DNA from: a virus
DNA: 64,000 nucleotides
Virus record (IMG/VR): IMGVR_UViG_3300026488_000010
Strand: one strand, 5' to 3'
Shown here: positions 39,345 to 50,152 of the stretch, one piece after another
Numbering within the stretch: position 1 is the stretch's first letter
How the letters are laid out: every line of letters starts with the position of its first letter
Program-made: the position numbers and the translations under genes
Notes under the pieces: model-generated
Database searches by the model: none
The model's input: only the letters and a program-made list of their open reading frames with translations
What the model was told of the DNA's origin: nothing

Positions 39345-39860
39345 CTATCCGTAAATTGCTTGCATAGTATTTCTATTCATACTATCAACTGTATTTGATT
39401 GTTCACCATTCTTAAATTTAATATTAGCATCATTGAATAATCTTAAAAATGATTGATGAATATATAGTTCAATCCCTTTTTGTGAAAAGACCTTTAACAA
39501 TCTTTCTTTTTGTTTATTATGTAATGTGCTGGATACATCTAGATAGAAATCGTTTTTGAATTTCTTAATATCTTTTTTATCAATTTCTTTATCACTGGCA
39601 AAGTTTGCCATAAAATGAACATTTAAATAATATTTAAACTTTACTAGAATTAACTCGTTAAGAAATTCAAAAACCTCTTTTGATTCTTTGATTGGTAAAT
39701 CTGATTCAACATAAGCATTGAATGCCTTTTTTGTATTTTTTAAATTTGTATTTGTATCAGTATTTCGTTTTAAAAATACAACAAATAATGTAAAAAATAT
39801 AGTATTTGTAATCATCAACACTCCAATGAGTGTTGATGATAATTCTTCTGAAAATTCCAT
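39345..39860 (-). CDS. N-terminally membrane-anchored protein
   Basis: TLIGVLMITNTIFFTLFVVFL. Confidence 0.65.
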   Translation of the reverse strand: MEFSEELSSTLIGVLMITNTIFFTLFVVFLKRNTDTNTNLKNTKKAFNAYVESDLPIKESKEVFEFLNELILVKFKYYLNVHFMANFASDKEIDKKDIKKFKNDFYLDVSSTLHNKQKERLLKVFSQKGIELYIHQSFLRLFNDANIKFKNGEQSNTVDSMNRNTMQAIYG

Positions 39861-39872
39861 TTTAATAATTCC

Positions 39873-40097
39873 TTATAATAACGACTCTAAATTTATATGA
39901 GAAGGTTTAATTTTTATACCCTCTTCTAATACTGGTCGATTGCTTAATGATTCGTTCTCTGCTTGAAAAACTGAAGCTAGCGAAGAACTAGCACCTTCTG
40001 AAATATTGTTCATCACATTCGTATCTATCGTCTGAACAGAGGGAGCATTAAGTTTTTCGATCGTATTATGTTCTGCTTGTTCTTTTTTTGTTCTCAT
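39873..40097 (-). CDS. Hypothetical protein
   Basis: ORF track, AAGGA RBS. Confidence 0.6.
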   Translation of the reverse strand: MRTKKEQAEHNTIEKLNAPSVQTIDTNVMNNISEGASSSLASVFQAENESLSNRPVLEEGIKIKPSHINLESLL

Positions 40098-40108
40098 AAA
40101 ATAATTCC

Positions 40109-41236
40109 TTATAATTTTATTGTTTTATATTTTGCATCATCATCTGTTAATGTTTCATCAGCTTTAAATGAATCTCTTAACATTTTTGGATTTGTAACTA
40201 AAAAGTGTTCCAAATCTTCTGCTTTTAATTTATTATTTTCTATAATTGGTGTTGCATATCCATTTACTAATGGATCAATTGTAATTCTAACATCAACATT
40301 TAATGGCTGGTTAAATCTGTTAAATTGTGTTTCGTTACCACCACGAGTTATAGTCATATTACTGATTACACCTAATTTTATATTCATCATACCTTCCGCC
40401 TTGACATCAAATATTGGTGGGTAACCATAAGTTATACCATTAAATGTTATCGGTGCAGTCATCATTATTAAAAATTGCATAGGTTTTAATATATATTCTT
40501 TAATTGATGCTGGATCGCCTGCAGGTGATACTAATTTGATCATTAATTGTAAAGAGTTTGTATATGATGATGATTTCCATTCTTTAGGTAAAGATGTTTG
40601 AATACCTAAAGTCTTACCAGCGATAAGATTCAAAAACTGATTCTTTTCAATTAATGCATCACTTGTATCATCAGTTGCGCCTAATAATTTTAGACCTGCT
40701 TGAGAATCAAAAGTGACTCCTTTTTTAACTGTTTGTATAGTCTGACCAATTGAAGTGTTACCCAATTTATTTGATAATTCTTCAATTGTTGACATACCAT
40801 ATTCATTACCAAATGCTTCAGTCATTGTAGAATCATTTGTACATAATATTTCCATTTGATCAACAGTGCGTGTTTTATCATTTGTATCTGGATATGAACT
40901 ATGAACGATTTGATGCCAAAATTCTAAAGCATTTTTAGTACCAAATAATCCTGAACTTTTTTTTGGACCAATTTGGTATAATTCTGTTACATCTTTTGTT
41001 AATTTGCCATTTGCAGCATCATCTGCAACATTTGCAGCAGATGATGCAGCATCTGCTCCAATACCTTTTGGTAAGTCTCCAAATAATATATTATAACCAG
41101 TTGGTGTTAATATTACTCGAGTCAAGTTATTTTTAAGTCTCTCACTATATTGTGGAGCTTTTTTTGAAGAAGCAGATCCTTGAATTTTATGATTATATCC
41201 TGGAATTTTTCCAATTACTAATCTATCATTTGCCAT
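40109..41236 (-). CDS. Tail-tube initiator or baseplate cap-like protein
   Basis: C-terminal YPPIFDV...GVISNMTITRGG...PLNVDVRITI; directly after the tape measure gene. Confidence 0.5.
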   Translation of the reverse strand: MANDRLVIGKIPGYNHKIQGSASSKKAPQYSERLKNNLTRVILTPTGYNILFGDLPKGIGADAASSAANVADDAANGKLTKDVTELYQIGPKKSSGLFGTKNALEFWHQIVHSSYPDTNDKTRTVDQMEILCTNDSTMTEAFGNEYGMSTIEELSNKLGNTSIGQTIQTVKKGVTFDSQAGLKLLGATDDTSDALIEKNQFLNLIAGKTLGIQTSLPKEWKSSSYTNSLQLMIKLVSPAGDPASIKEYILKPMQFLIMMTAPITFNGITYGYPPIFDVKAEGMMNIKLGVISNMTITRGGNETQFNRFNQPLNVDVRITIDPLVNGYATPIIENNKLKAEDLEHFLVTNPKMLRDSFKADETLTDDDAKYKTIKL

Positions 41237-41245
41237 TTCATTCCT

Positions 41246-44200
41246 TTAAAAATTTTGAGAAACAGGTTTAATTTTTAAGATTGCAGCTAATGTTGATTCA
41301 CCATCCTCAGCTGTAATTCTATTTATAGAAATCCCTGTTTTATTATTAGCGTTAATCGCTGTCCCTTGCATTACAGCTTTAATTAGTAAATCTAATTGTT
41401 GAGTCTGCATTTTAATCTGCTCTAATTGTTCTTTATTATTCGTTGACTTTGCGATATTAATTAAGTTATGTTTAATTGCCTGCATCTCATTAGATGTTAA
41501 TACACCATCTGATTCTGCCATTGCTTTTGTCATTCTATCATTAGCACTTAATCTTGCCGCGATAACCTTTTTAGCTTTAGATTCTTTTAAATTTTTAGCA
41601 ATAATTGCCTCATCACGCTCTTTCTCTTTCTGAGTTAAAACATGTTTTGGTTTTCGTTGAGAATCTTTAAAATTTGCTACACCTTTGGTTCTGATTCCTT
41701 TTCGATCAATGCCTGTTGGTTCAATATGCCATCCTTCACCTTTAACAGGAGTGTGGAATCCATATTTTTTCATTAGTCCATCATTCTTTGCAGAATCAAT
41801 ATCTGCAGAATCAATGTCAACTGCTAGTCCATAATTATGCATTGAATTACCAGGTCTTGCCGCCATACCAGGTTTCATTGTTTTAAATAATCTGTCTTGT
41901 TCAGCAAAACTTCTAAATGCTGAATTAAGATGCATTTTCTTACCATGCTTTTGATAATATTCCCATCCCATAGCTTTCAAATTATATAATACAGTCGGAT
42001 CTAAATCATCAGTATTGATTTTCATATTATCTAAAATAAACATATCTGTTATACTATATGAATCAATATCTGTTGCGCCATCTAATGCCCCGTGCATCTG
42101 CTCACCCATCTTGCGAGGTTTTAATTGTGATGTTTCTAATTTACGAGTTTCAGAATCAATCTGTTTCTTCCAATCTTTCATAATTGTAGCGTCACCATTA
42201 TCGTGACCCCAATTATTTTGTGCATCACGATATGCTTGTTTCTTACCTTTTAAAGATAAATTTGAAAATACTTTTTCACCACCATCTTCATAACCAGTAG
42301 CCGTTAAAACGGTTGCAACATCAACATAATCTGGATGAAGTTTTCGTTCTTTTAAAACAATTGCTATTGCTTCTTGCAATATACCATCAGTTTCATTTAA
42401 CTCTGCCATACCAATTAATGTTGAATCAGGATATACACCCTTATTGCTAAGTATTTGTACTAGTTTTTTAGTATTCATACCTGCAGTGCGAGCCATAGTT
42501 TCAACACGTTCTAAACGGTGTCCAAATTTCTTATCTTGAGATTCTAGATGATTATCTTCGCCCTTCTCAACATCAGATTTATTTGTAATCCAATCAAAGA
42601 TGTCTTGTGAGTATTCATATACAGCATAAGCACCAACAGCGACTGCTGTTGCTCCTAATACATACGGATTAGCAAAAACTGGTCCTAAGAATGGAATCAT
42701 GCGAATTAAAGTAGACATACCTAACCATAAACCTTTACCACCCTTTTTAAGGTTTTCAATAGAGAATAGTTTTTTCCATCCACCTTTAGTAAAAAAGTGT
42801 GATACTTTTTTCATTAATGATGCTTTAGGTGCTTTTGTTGTTTTTGTCGTAGGTGTCTTAGAATTTTTAGAAGCTGTTTCTAAATTCATTCCAGGCATTC
42901 CAGTATAATCAACATCACCAAACATTGACGCACCAGCAGCACCAGCAGCACCAGCAGCACCTTTTGAATAACTTCTTTTTTTGCCTGATCCACAACCTGG
43001 TCCAGAACAACATACACAATCTCTGATATCTTCTAATAATAAAATTTGCTTATCAGAGTTTGACATTTGATGTTCACGACGATCTTCTTCTTTCTGTACA
43101 TTCTGACCATCTTGTACAGAAGTTTTTGATTGGTATCTACTGGCAGTTGAACCATCTGACTCAGAATCAATTCCTTGTTCCAAGACCGTTTGTAAAAATG
43201 GATTCTTTTTTACAGCTTCATCAATTTGATCACCCAATATTTCATCTTCATTTTTATCAATGAACCATTGTGAAAATCTTCCCATTACAGGATTAAGATT
43301 CATCATTTGATCTTCAATCTTATCAGCAATACTTTGATCTTTTTTATCATGATATGCTTTGTTTCCAAACACACCATCATAACGATTAAGAGTTAACGTT
43401 TCACCTTCTGTTCGAGCAATTGGTCCAACCATTGCTGCCAATGATTCCATTTGATGTCTGTTATATTTAAGCAGTAGTTCAAATCTATCAGGATATGCTT
43501 TACCTAAATAATTTTGCATTAACTCTGCAGGCCCAAGTTCAACTGCTCCAACAGCTGCTCGTAATTCTGATTCAGAGTTTAATGTTTTGTTTTTAGCATC
43601 TTCTGATATCCAATCACTAAAAACTTTACCCATTGTTCGTTTTTCTTTACGACCAGTAATCTCTCCAGTGTATTCGTCGCGTATTGCTTCACCTTTGATC
43701 ATATCACCGAGCCATGACTCAGCTCTAGATGCAGCCTTAAAAGCATTTGATATAGAAGCTACACCTGGCAAATAACCAACCATCTCATCCATACCGCGAA
43801 GCCAATCATTATAGAATGAATAATCCATTGCTTGTTTTTCTTCTTCTTCTGCTCTTAGTTCGGCTAAATAACCATGAGATGAACCATGAGTAATGCCGAA
43901 ACCATCTTTACGAATCTTTAATAATTCTGATCCTGATAGTTGAGTAGTCGTAAAGATTCCACCGAGCATTGCAAGCATCTTAGCGTCATATGAATCAACA
44001 CCAGCAATTAATTGCGCCGCAGATTGATTTAATACTTGAGTATGGGATAATGATACACCCATTGTCTCTGAATATTTCTTTTCAGCTGCTAATGGATCTT
44101 CTAATTTGGTTCTATCATTTGCTTCATTATATAAAGCAACTGATGATTTACCATCTAATAAATTTGAAAACTGTCCACCTAAATCCATAATAGCATTTAA

Positions 44201-45259
44201 GTTTGCTGACCCTTGTTCCAATCCTCCAAAAATCTTTTGAAATAATCCACGCTTAGTTAACCCGGATGTTACAACCTGATCTGAACCGTCTGATCCAAAT
44301 AATTCATCTAGTAAATTTTGAGCAGTGTTTCCACCCTCTTTTTCTTTTCTAGATACTTCATTAAGTTGCTCTGCAGCCATTAATGGTAACACTGCAGTAT
44401 TTGTTTCAATTGCAGTCATAATATTTGCAAGTAAAGCTTCAGCTGGAGATAATTGCCCTAGTGATTGCATTACTAATATGCGCTGGCCAAATATAGATGC
44501 CATACCATATTGTTCTTTTAATTCACCAGCACCTAACGGTTTTGTTATCGTCCATTTGCGATCCATTTGATTCTTAGTGCTACTATCATTATTGAATACT
44601 TCAAAAAGTTTTTTACCACCTTTCTGCATAGCCATCATTGTCATCATACCAGCAACAACTGGGTTCATCCCAGCCATTGCTGTTGTAATTCCCGAGCCTG
44701 CTCCCATCATTCCAGCCATAGATGCAGCTGCACCTGTAGCTGCCCCACCTAATCCACCAACTCCACCAGCCATAGTACTGGCTAATCCACCTGTACCCAT
44801 ACCCATAGATGTTAGTGCTCCTGGATCGAAGCCTCCAAGCAATGAAAGGGCTGAACCTTTCATTGCTGCTGATTTTAAATTAGCTGCCGTATTGGCGGCT
44901 GATGCTCTCACATCACCCATTCCAGTACCATGACCAGACTCTTGCATCTGACGTCTAAACATTGCTTCATTAAGTTTTTGATTAGTTTGTTTAGCTGAAG
45001 GAGCAGCTCCAAAGGCAACCATTCCACCTGAACCATATGTAATCATATCATTGATTGCATCTGAGCCTAAGCCAAGTGATTCCCCACCACCCATCACACC
45101 TGTAAGTTTTGTTGCCATTGAGGCCATACGAAGTTTTTTAGTTAGTGGATTATTCAATGCTTGATTCAATCCGCTAGTGTTTCCGAACTTTGCTGCTGAG
45201 TCTAATGTCCCACCAAATCGGTCACGTAACATTGATTGTATATAATCTTGTGTTGCCAT
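41246..45259 (-). CDS. Tape-measure-like protein with M15 (VanY-like) D,D-peptidase domain
   Basis: 1337 aa, helical, Gly/Ala/Met-rich; SAFRS..EQ..L, ARPGNSMHNYGLAVD, EGWHIE. Confidence 0.8.
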   Translation of the reverse strand: MATQDYIQSMLRDRFGGTLDSAAKFGNTSGLNQALNNPLTKKLRMASMATKLTGVMGGGESLGLGSDAINDMITYGSGGMVAFGAAPSAKQTNQKLNEAMFRRQMQESGHGTGMGDVRASAANTAANLKSAAMKGSALSLLGGFDPGALTSMGMGTGGLASTMAGGVGGLGGAATGAAASMAGMMGAGSGITTAMAGMNPVVAGMMTMMAMQKGGKKLFEVFNNDSSTKNQMDRKWTITKPLGAGELKEQYGMASIFGQRILVMQSLGQLSPAEALLANIMTAIETNTAVLPLMAAEQLNEVSRKEKEGGNTAQNLLDELFGSDGSDQVVTSGLTKRGLFQKIFGGLEQGSANLNAIMDLGGQFSNLLDGKSSVALYNEANDRTKLEDPLAAEKKYSETMGVSLSHTQVLNQSAAQLIAGVDSYDAKMLAMLGGIFTTTQLSGSELLKIRKDGFGITHGSSHGYLAELRAEEEEKQAMDYSFYNDWLRGMDEMVGYLPGVASISNAFKAASRAESWLGDMIKGEAIRDEYTGEITGRKEKRTMGKVFSDWISEDAKNKTLNSESELRAAVGAVELGPAELMQNYLGKAYPDRFELLLKYNRHQMESLAAMVGPIARTEGETLTLNRYDGVFGNKAYHDKKDQSIADKIEDQMMNLNPVMGRFSQWFIDKNEDEILGDQIDEAVKKNPFLQTVLEQGIDSESDGSTASRYQSKTSVQDGQNVQKEEDRREHQMSNSDKQILLLEDIRDCVCCSGPGCGSGKKRSYSKGAAGAAGAAGASMFGDVDYTGMPGMNLETASKNSKTPTTKTTKAPKASLMKKVSHFFTKGGWKKLFSIENLKKGGKGLWLGMSTLIRMIPFLGPVFANPYVLGATAVAVGAYAVYEYSQDIFDWITNKSDVEKGEDNHLESQDKKFGHRLERVETMARTAGMNTKKLVQILSNKGVYPDSTLIGMAELNETDGILQEAIAIVLKERKLHPDYVDVATVLTATGYEDGGEKVFSNLSLKGKKQAYRDAQNNWGHDNGDATIMKDWKKQIDSETRKLETSQLKPRKMGEQMHGALDGATDIDSYSITDMFILDNMKINTDDLDPTVLYNLKAMGWEYYQKHGKKMHLNSAFRSFAEQDRLFKTMKPGMAARPGNSMHNYGLAVDIDSADIDSAKNDGLMKKYGFHTPVKGEGWHIEPTGIDRKGIRTKGVANFKDSQRKPKHVLTQKEKERDEAIIAKNLKESKAKKVIAARLSANDRMTKAMAESDGVLTSNEMQAIKHNLINIAKSTNNKEQLEQIKMQTQQLDLLIKAVMQGTAINANNKTGISINRITAEDGESTLAAILKIKPVSQNF

Positions 45260-45312
45260 GAACTCTCCTTTTATTTTAGTATTTGTTCATTCCGTGGATC
45301 GAAGGACAAGAA

Positions 45313-45340
45313 ATTTAATAGGGCTACAACCCTATTAAAT
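45313..45340 (-). terminator. Terminator hairpin at the end of terL
   Basis: atttaataggg-ctacaa-ccctattaaat, then TTCTTGTCCTT on minus. Confidence 0.8.
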
Positions 45341-47336
45341 AATCTCCTATATCTAATTCTTCAGTCTTTTTCTTTTTATCAGATTGAAATATAAATCCAG
45401 AATCATTAATATCTTGATCCATCCATGATTTATCGTGAGATGTATTAGATCCTGTCCCTATTGACAAATCAATAAAATCCATCATTCTAGAAGGAGTCAA
45501 TGCAAATGCCTGTATTTCACCCTCGATTGATAAATCGCCTGATTTAATCATAAGTTTTCTAACATATAAACAAAAGTTAAAAGCCATTGTAACATCATCA
45601 TGTTGTCCACGCATCGCTTCTATTCTACCATTAACCTTTTGCTCCAAGTTTCTAAGTTCATCTATTAACTCATCAGAGTGAAATAATTCTGGATGAGCAT
45701 TAACTTGATTCATAAGTTCTGAGAACATTTGATCACGTTTACCTGCTCCCATCTTACCCGCATTTGATGTATATAAACCATATACAAATTCACCAGTAGG
45801 CATACCTTTCGCAGTCTTAATTTCTTCTTGCCAAACATATGACTCATAATCAAAATCATCAATTAAGGGGTCATTATAAATCAATTCTTCTACAGTTTCT
45901 TTACCGATCGAGTTACGCTCAATGATTACTCTGAGGAACTCTTCATCGATGTTATAGAGCATGTTAAGCGCCTTTATAGCAGCTTTAACAACTGATGCTA
46001 ATCTTTTAACGATACTGAACTTACCTTTCCATACACCAACCTCTTGACCAGAAGATGCATGAATTAAAGACATTGCTGAATAATCCGAATTGACACCAGC
46101 AGACATTGCTGTATCTACACCTAAGAAATATAATTCATTCGGTAATAGTTTACTAAATAACTGCATTTCTTGACCAAACGGTAATTGTAGAGTTTCCCAA
46201 GCTTTTTTTGGGATCAGTTTTGAAATAATATCATCATTAAAAATACTTGTAGAGCTTCCTAAAAATACTAGATCCAGCTCTTGATTGATCTTACGTTGGT
46301 TAAAGTTAAGTTCTTTACATTGCTTATTATACCATGCTTGATCACGATGGGTATTATTCCATAAAATTTTCATACTAATAAAAGCATTCTTTTCAGGGTC
46401 TTCCATAACCTTTTCATAACCGTCATATAATGTTTTAGTTTCATAATCATATATATCATCAAACTTAACAGATCTTTGTAAAATATTATAGAACCAGTTT
46501 CCACCTGCACCATTAGGTGTTGATACCGCGATCATACATGTTGGATAACCATTTTGTTTTGCAAATATTTTTGCAGTCGATATAGATGGTTGCATAGCAC
46601 TATAAACTATATCCATATGTTTAATAAAGGCTGCTTCATCTAGAATAATGATTGATCCTGAAAGACCACGACCTAGAGTATCAGGATCAATAGAACCACT
46701 AACAAACATTGTATCAAACATTGATTTATTTTCTAAGTGAAAGAATGTTGTACGTTCAGCTTTACCTTTCATAGGAACTTGCATCCACTTTGGAAGTTTT
46801 GACATCATTTCTTTTAAACGAGATACTGCATCCTTACCACGATTACTATCTAGTGTAAGGAATGCTATCTTGATTCCAGGAAAGAAAATCATACAATGTA
46901 ATGCATATAATAATGCTAAAGTTGTTTTACCAATTTGTCGAGAACTAATAAAACTAACATTATCTTGTAACTCAAATAATTTAAACAATAGTCTAAATTT
47001 ATTTGTACTCTGCCATTGCTCTGATGAACCCATATGAATGAATCCACCTGTTACTGGAGTATATGCAAATTTTTCTACCCAATACAATGGTGACATTTTA
47101 CACTTCATCCATTCAATCATCTGTTCATTTGCAGACATTTCATTATTATAATAATCTTCACCTAAGTATTCTGGAACCTTGATGCGAGGAGTTTTTACTA
47201 ACTCAGCTTTTACTAAATTATCTGCTTCCTTGATTATCTCTTTAACTGATTCAGGTGTATCCTTAACGGTAACATCTTTCTCTTCAACAGTATATTGTTC
47301 TCCTGAAAATTGCGGCTTTGTTATAGACCAACTCAT
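45324..47336 (-). CDS. terL: Terminase large subunit
   Basis: SSRQIGKTT Walker A, IILDEAAF Walker B, VSTPNG, nuclease GVDTA and HDDVTMA. Confidence 0.93.
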   Translation of the reverse strand: MSWSITKPQFSGEQYTVEEKDVTVKDTPESVKEIIKEADNLVKAELVKTPRIKVPEYLGEDYYNNEMSANEQMIEWMKCKMSPLYWVEKFAYTPVTGGFIHMGSSEQWQSTNKFRLLFKLFELQDNVSFISSRQIGKTTLALLYALHCMIFFPGIKIAFLTLDSNRGKDAVSRLKEMMSKLPKWMQVPMKGKAERTTFFHLENKSMFDTMFVSGSIDPDTLGRGLSGSIIILDEAAFIKHMDIVYSAMQPSISTAKIFAKQNGYPTCMIAVSTPNGAGGNWFYNILQRSVKFDDIYDYETKTLYDGYEKVMEDPEKNAFISMKILWNNTHRDQAWYNKQCKELNFNQRKINQELDLVFLGSSTSIFNDDIISKLIPKKAWETLQLPFGQEMQLFSKLLPNELYFLGVDTAMSAGVNSDYSAMSLIHASSGQEVGVWKGKFSIVKRLASVVKAAIKALNMLYNIDEEFLRVIIERNSIGKETVEELIYNDPLIDDFDYESYVWQEEIKTAKGMPTGEFVYGLYTSNAGKMGAGKRDQMFSELMNQVNAHPELFHSDELIDELRNLEQKVNGRIEAMRGQHDDVTMAFNFCLYVRKLMIKSGDLSIEGEIQAFALTPSRMMDFIDLSIGTGSNTSHDKSWMDQDINDSGFIFQSDKKKKTEELDIGDYLIGL

Positions 47337-47375
47337 ATTATATTCCTTAATAAATTATTTTTTTGTTTTTGATAA

Positions 47376-47530
47376 AACTATCTTTAAAGATCGTTTCGAA
47401 GTTAGTATAGAAATTAATTTAATTTATTTCTATACTAACTAAAACGATCTTTAAAGATAGAAAAATATGCCAAGAAAACGATCTTTAAAGATAGAAATGT
47501 TTTTACCAAAACGATCTTTAAAGATAGAAA
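47376..47530. repeat. Array of the palindromic element upstream of terL
   Basis: aaaacgatctttaaagatagaaa at 47441, 47475 and 47508; inverted copy at 47378; agttagtatagaaat/atttctatactaact pair at 47400 and 47426. Confidence 0.9.
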
Positions 47531-47541
47531 TTACTTCTTGC

Positions 47542-47823
47542 TTAACTTCTTGATTGTTCTTGAGCTTTCTGTAACTCCGTTTTTACGACTCCACCTACAT
47601 TTTGTTGTAAATGATTAGATAAGTGATTATGTGCCGAATTTGCAGACTCTTTTCTAAAGCCACTCATAGCGTTAAATGTTGTGTCTGCTGTTTCGTTATT
47701 ATTATCTGAGCCTTGAAGGAACGCTGTTTTTTGTTGAGCCAATGGATCAGCACTTTCAAAGAGACCCAAAATAGGTCCCTTATCTATTAAATATTTCATA
47801 ATATAATCCTTATGCTTTAACAA
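47542..47823 (-). CDS. Small putative head protein
   Basis: ORF track; LFESA motif. Confidence 0.55.
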   Translation of the reverse strand: MLKHKDYIMKYLIDKGPILGLFESADPLAQQKTAFLQGSDNNNETADTTFNAMSGFRKESANSAHNHLSNHLQQNVGGVVKTELQKAQEQSRS

Positions 47824-48814
47824 CTAAATCTTTTTTAAAGTTTAAGATAAGTTGTTCTAAACGCTCTTGATCATCTCTAGAGATATTAGGTGCATCAAAT
47901 AAACTTGATTTATAATTAGCACTAATGATATAAGCTATCATCTCATCAAATGTTCCATTCATTGCTGCTTTAGAACCTTCACCAACCAATGTTGTGAATT
48001 CAGTCATAAATGCAGACTCTGTAATATTACATACACCTGCTTTTGTTAATAGTGTTGCAGCATTTCTAAAATCTTTATAATCATTTGGTTTAATCTCTTG
48101 AAGAAATTTAATCTCTTCTGCGCCATATAAACGGCTTAGTTTTGCTAATACCGTTTGTGCTGATTGTTCTGTGAAGTTACGAGCAAAGATATAATCCAAA
48201 ACAATATCCATTTTCTGCTTATTTTCACCCTCAACTTTAACATGAGCTTTTGATAATATTTTTATAACAATAGCTTTAAAAACTGCGTATGCGCTTTCAA
48301 AAATCTTGTTCTTACCATTACCTTTTAGACCAATACTTGCTAATACATTTACAAATAAATAATAATAAACATCAACTAAAGCAAAATAATCAATACTTTC
48401 TATTAAATCATCAAACATGTCAGCAATTGACTTATCCAAGGTTTTAAGTTGTATTGCTGATGTATCAGTAATTGTTGACTTAACTCTTGATAACTCTTTG
48501 TTAGCTTTTTCAATATCTTTTACTTTTTTAGACATATCTTGTAAATCAGCTTTATCAACAACTTGACTAATATCTGCTGCTAATCCTGATAATTTATTAC
48601 CAGATAAGTATGGTGCACCGTACTGAACAGTTTTTGTTTTAGATATATCAGTTATACCATATCCAATATATAATGCTTCTTGAGCAATTAATTTATGAAT
48701 AGCTTTTGTTTTATGGCTTGAGCCAATCTTTTGTAACACTATTGAAATCTTTTTTAGAAATTTCTTCTGAACCTCAGGGTTTTGTTTTAAATTTATTTTA
48801 TTAATTGTTACCAT
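47810..48814 (-). CDS. Hypothetical helical protein, probably virion
   Basis: 334 aa, AAGGA RBS. Confidence 0.7.
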   Translation of the reverse strand: MVTINKINLKQNPEVQKKFLKKISIVLQKIGSSHKTKAIHKLIAQEALYIGYGITDISKTKTVQYGAPYLSGNKLSGLAADISQVVDKADLQDMSKKVKDIEKANKELSRVKSTITDTSAIQLKTLDKSIADMFDDLIESIDYFALVDVYYYLFVNVLASIGLKGNGKNKIFESAYAVFKAIVIKILSKAHVKVEGENKQKMDIVLDYIFARNFTEQSAQTVLAKLSRLYGAEEIKFLQEIKPNDYKDFRNAATLLTKAGVCNITESAFMTEFTTLVGEGSKAAMNGTFDEMIAYIISANYKSSLFDAPNISRDDQERLEQLILNFKKDLVVKA

Positions 48815-48892
48815 TTACGATCCTTTAAATTTTATATCAACACAATGCTTATTGCACAGGTAACGTGTCAATATTATAAGAATTATTCTTAT

Positions 48893-49210
48893 TTATATTT
48901 GAAATACTTTTTGAATTACTTCTGATTTTAACATCTTGATTTGATTATTATATTCAGATGGTACAAATTGAAAAAGTGTTCCTATATTGTTAGCGGCTAA
49001 TATTAATGGGTAATAAGATTCGTGTCCATAATATTGTTTTGCAACTCTCTCTGGGCGATATTTATAAGTGTCTGGGACATATATAACTACTAGATTTTTT
49101 GGATCTTGTATATAATGTATTTTATCATTTATAAGATTACCTAGTATTTGAGGCTCAAGGTACTGGTCAAGGATAGTTGTATCCATATTTTTATTGTATA
49201 ATAAATCCAT
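48893..49210 (-). CDS. LysM-like baseplate protein (gp53/tail X-like)
   Basis: YRPERVAKQYYGHESYYPLILAANN. Confidence 0.7.
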   Translation of the reverse strand: MDLLYNKNMDTTILDQYLEPQILGNLINDKIHYIQDPKNLVVIYVPDTYKYRPERVAKQYYGHESYYPLILAANNIGTLFQFVPSEYNNQIKMLKSEVIQKVFQI

Positions 49211-49222
49211 TATATACCTCCA

Positions 49223-49885
49223 TTATCTTCTATTGTTTTTGATAAAATTAATACCTCTACTTTTAAGACCATTACCAACAAACTGTTTATTGTCTAGTTT
49301 TAAGGCTATTTCACCTGCCCCTAGTTTAGGAACAGTTCCCATTCTACTAGGATTATATTGTTTAATTTTTCCAGCATTTCTTAACGCGACACCTAAACCA
49401 GACTTATCTTGATTTGGAGTATTCTTTTGAATTTCACTAAAGCTTCTTAAATCCGAAGATTCATTAAAACCTGTCAATCCTGAAGCATGTTTTGCTTGGT
49501 TATTTTCAACAGTTCTTGGGCCTTCTTCTTTATTGGTAATACCTTCTTTTGCAAGTTTAGATTGTTTACCAAAAGATTTTTTAGATATACCCTTTGTTAT
49601 AGAAGCAGACGCAGATGCAAAAGGTTCACCTTTTATATATGCGTCTCGTTTTCTTATTATTGATTCTTCAAAATTTTGAAATTGTTGTTCTTGATCTTTA
49701 ATCTTTTCAACATTATCTGCACCTAGTTCATCTTTAGCTGCTTCCATTTTTTCTAATTCGACTTCTGTTTTCTGTTTACGATATTCACCGACATTTTTTA
49801 ATTTGCCAAGTACTTGTTGAATATCTCCTCGGACAGCATCCATTATTTCACTTTCGATAATATATTGTTTAATTTGTATCTTCAT
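49223..49885 (-). CDS. Charged putative internal head protein
   Basis: AGGAGG RBS places the start at MKIQIKQYIIESE (49885), not 49951. Confidence 0.6.
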   Translation of the reverse strand: MKIQIKQYIIESEIMDAVRGDIQQVLGKLKNVGEYRKQKTEVELEKMEAAKDELGADNVEKIKDQEQQFQNFEESIIRKRDAYIKGEPFASASASITKGISKKSFGKQSKLAKEGITNKEEGPRTVENNQAKHASGLTGFNESSDLRSFSEIQKNTPNQDKSGLGVALRNAGKIKQYNPSRMGTVPKLGAGEIALKLDNKQFVGNGLKSRGINFIKNNRR

Positions 49886-49886
49886 A

Positions 49887-50150
49887 TTATCCTCCTGTTG
49901 GACATATAAGTTCTCCGGTTGTCTCTGCAAATATAACTGCTTTCTGACCAAATCTTCTTTTTGATTTTCGTTGTATTTTAATTAAATCACCATCTTCTGT
50001 TTGATCATCATGAATTATTTTAGTGCCCTCAGCTGTAAATATTTTTACACTCTTTTTATTAACAGGTGCGCCTGATTGTGGAAAATATCCACATACAACA
50101 TATCCTTGAGAACTATATAATGTTTTTAAAAAGTCATCTGATGCACTCAT
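49887..50150 (-). CDS. Hypothetical protein
   Basis: ORF track. Confidence 0.6.
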   Translation of the reverse strand: MSASDDFLKTLYSSQGYVVCGYFPQSGAPVNKKSVKIFTAEGTKIIHDDQTEDGDLIKIQRKSKRRFGQKAVIFAETTGELICPTGG

Positions 50151-50152
50151 TA

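Noticed and set aside
37116-47336. Inteins or introns in portal or terL
   Set aside because: No C/S...HN splice motifs or LAGLIDADG/HNH domains; the extra length is low-complexity acidic sequence.
47441-47530. CRISPR mini-array
   Set aside because: Spacers are only 10-11 nt, copies are dispersed in both orientations elsewhere, and there are no cas genes.
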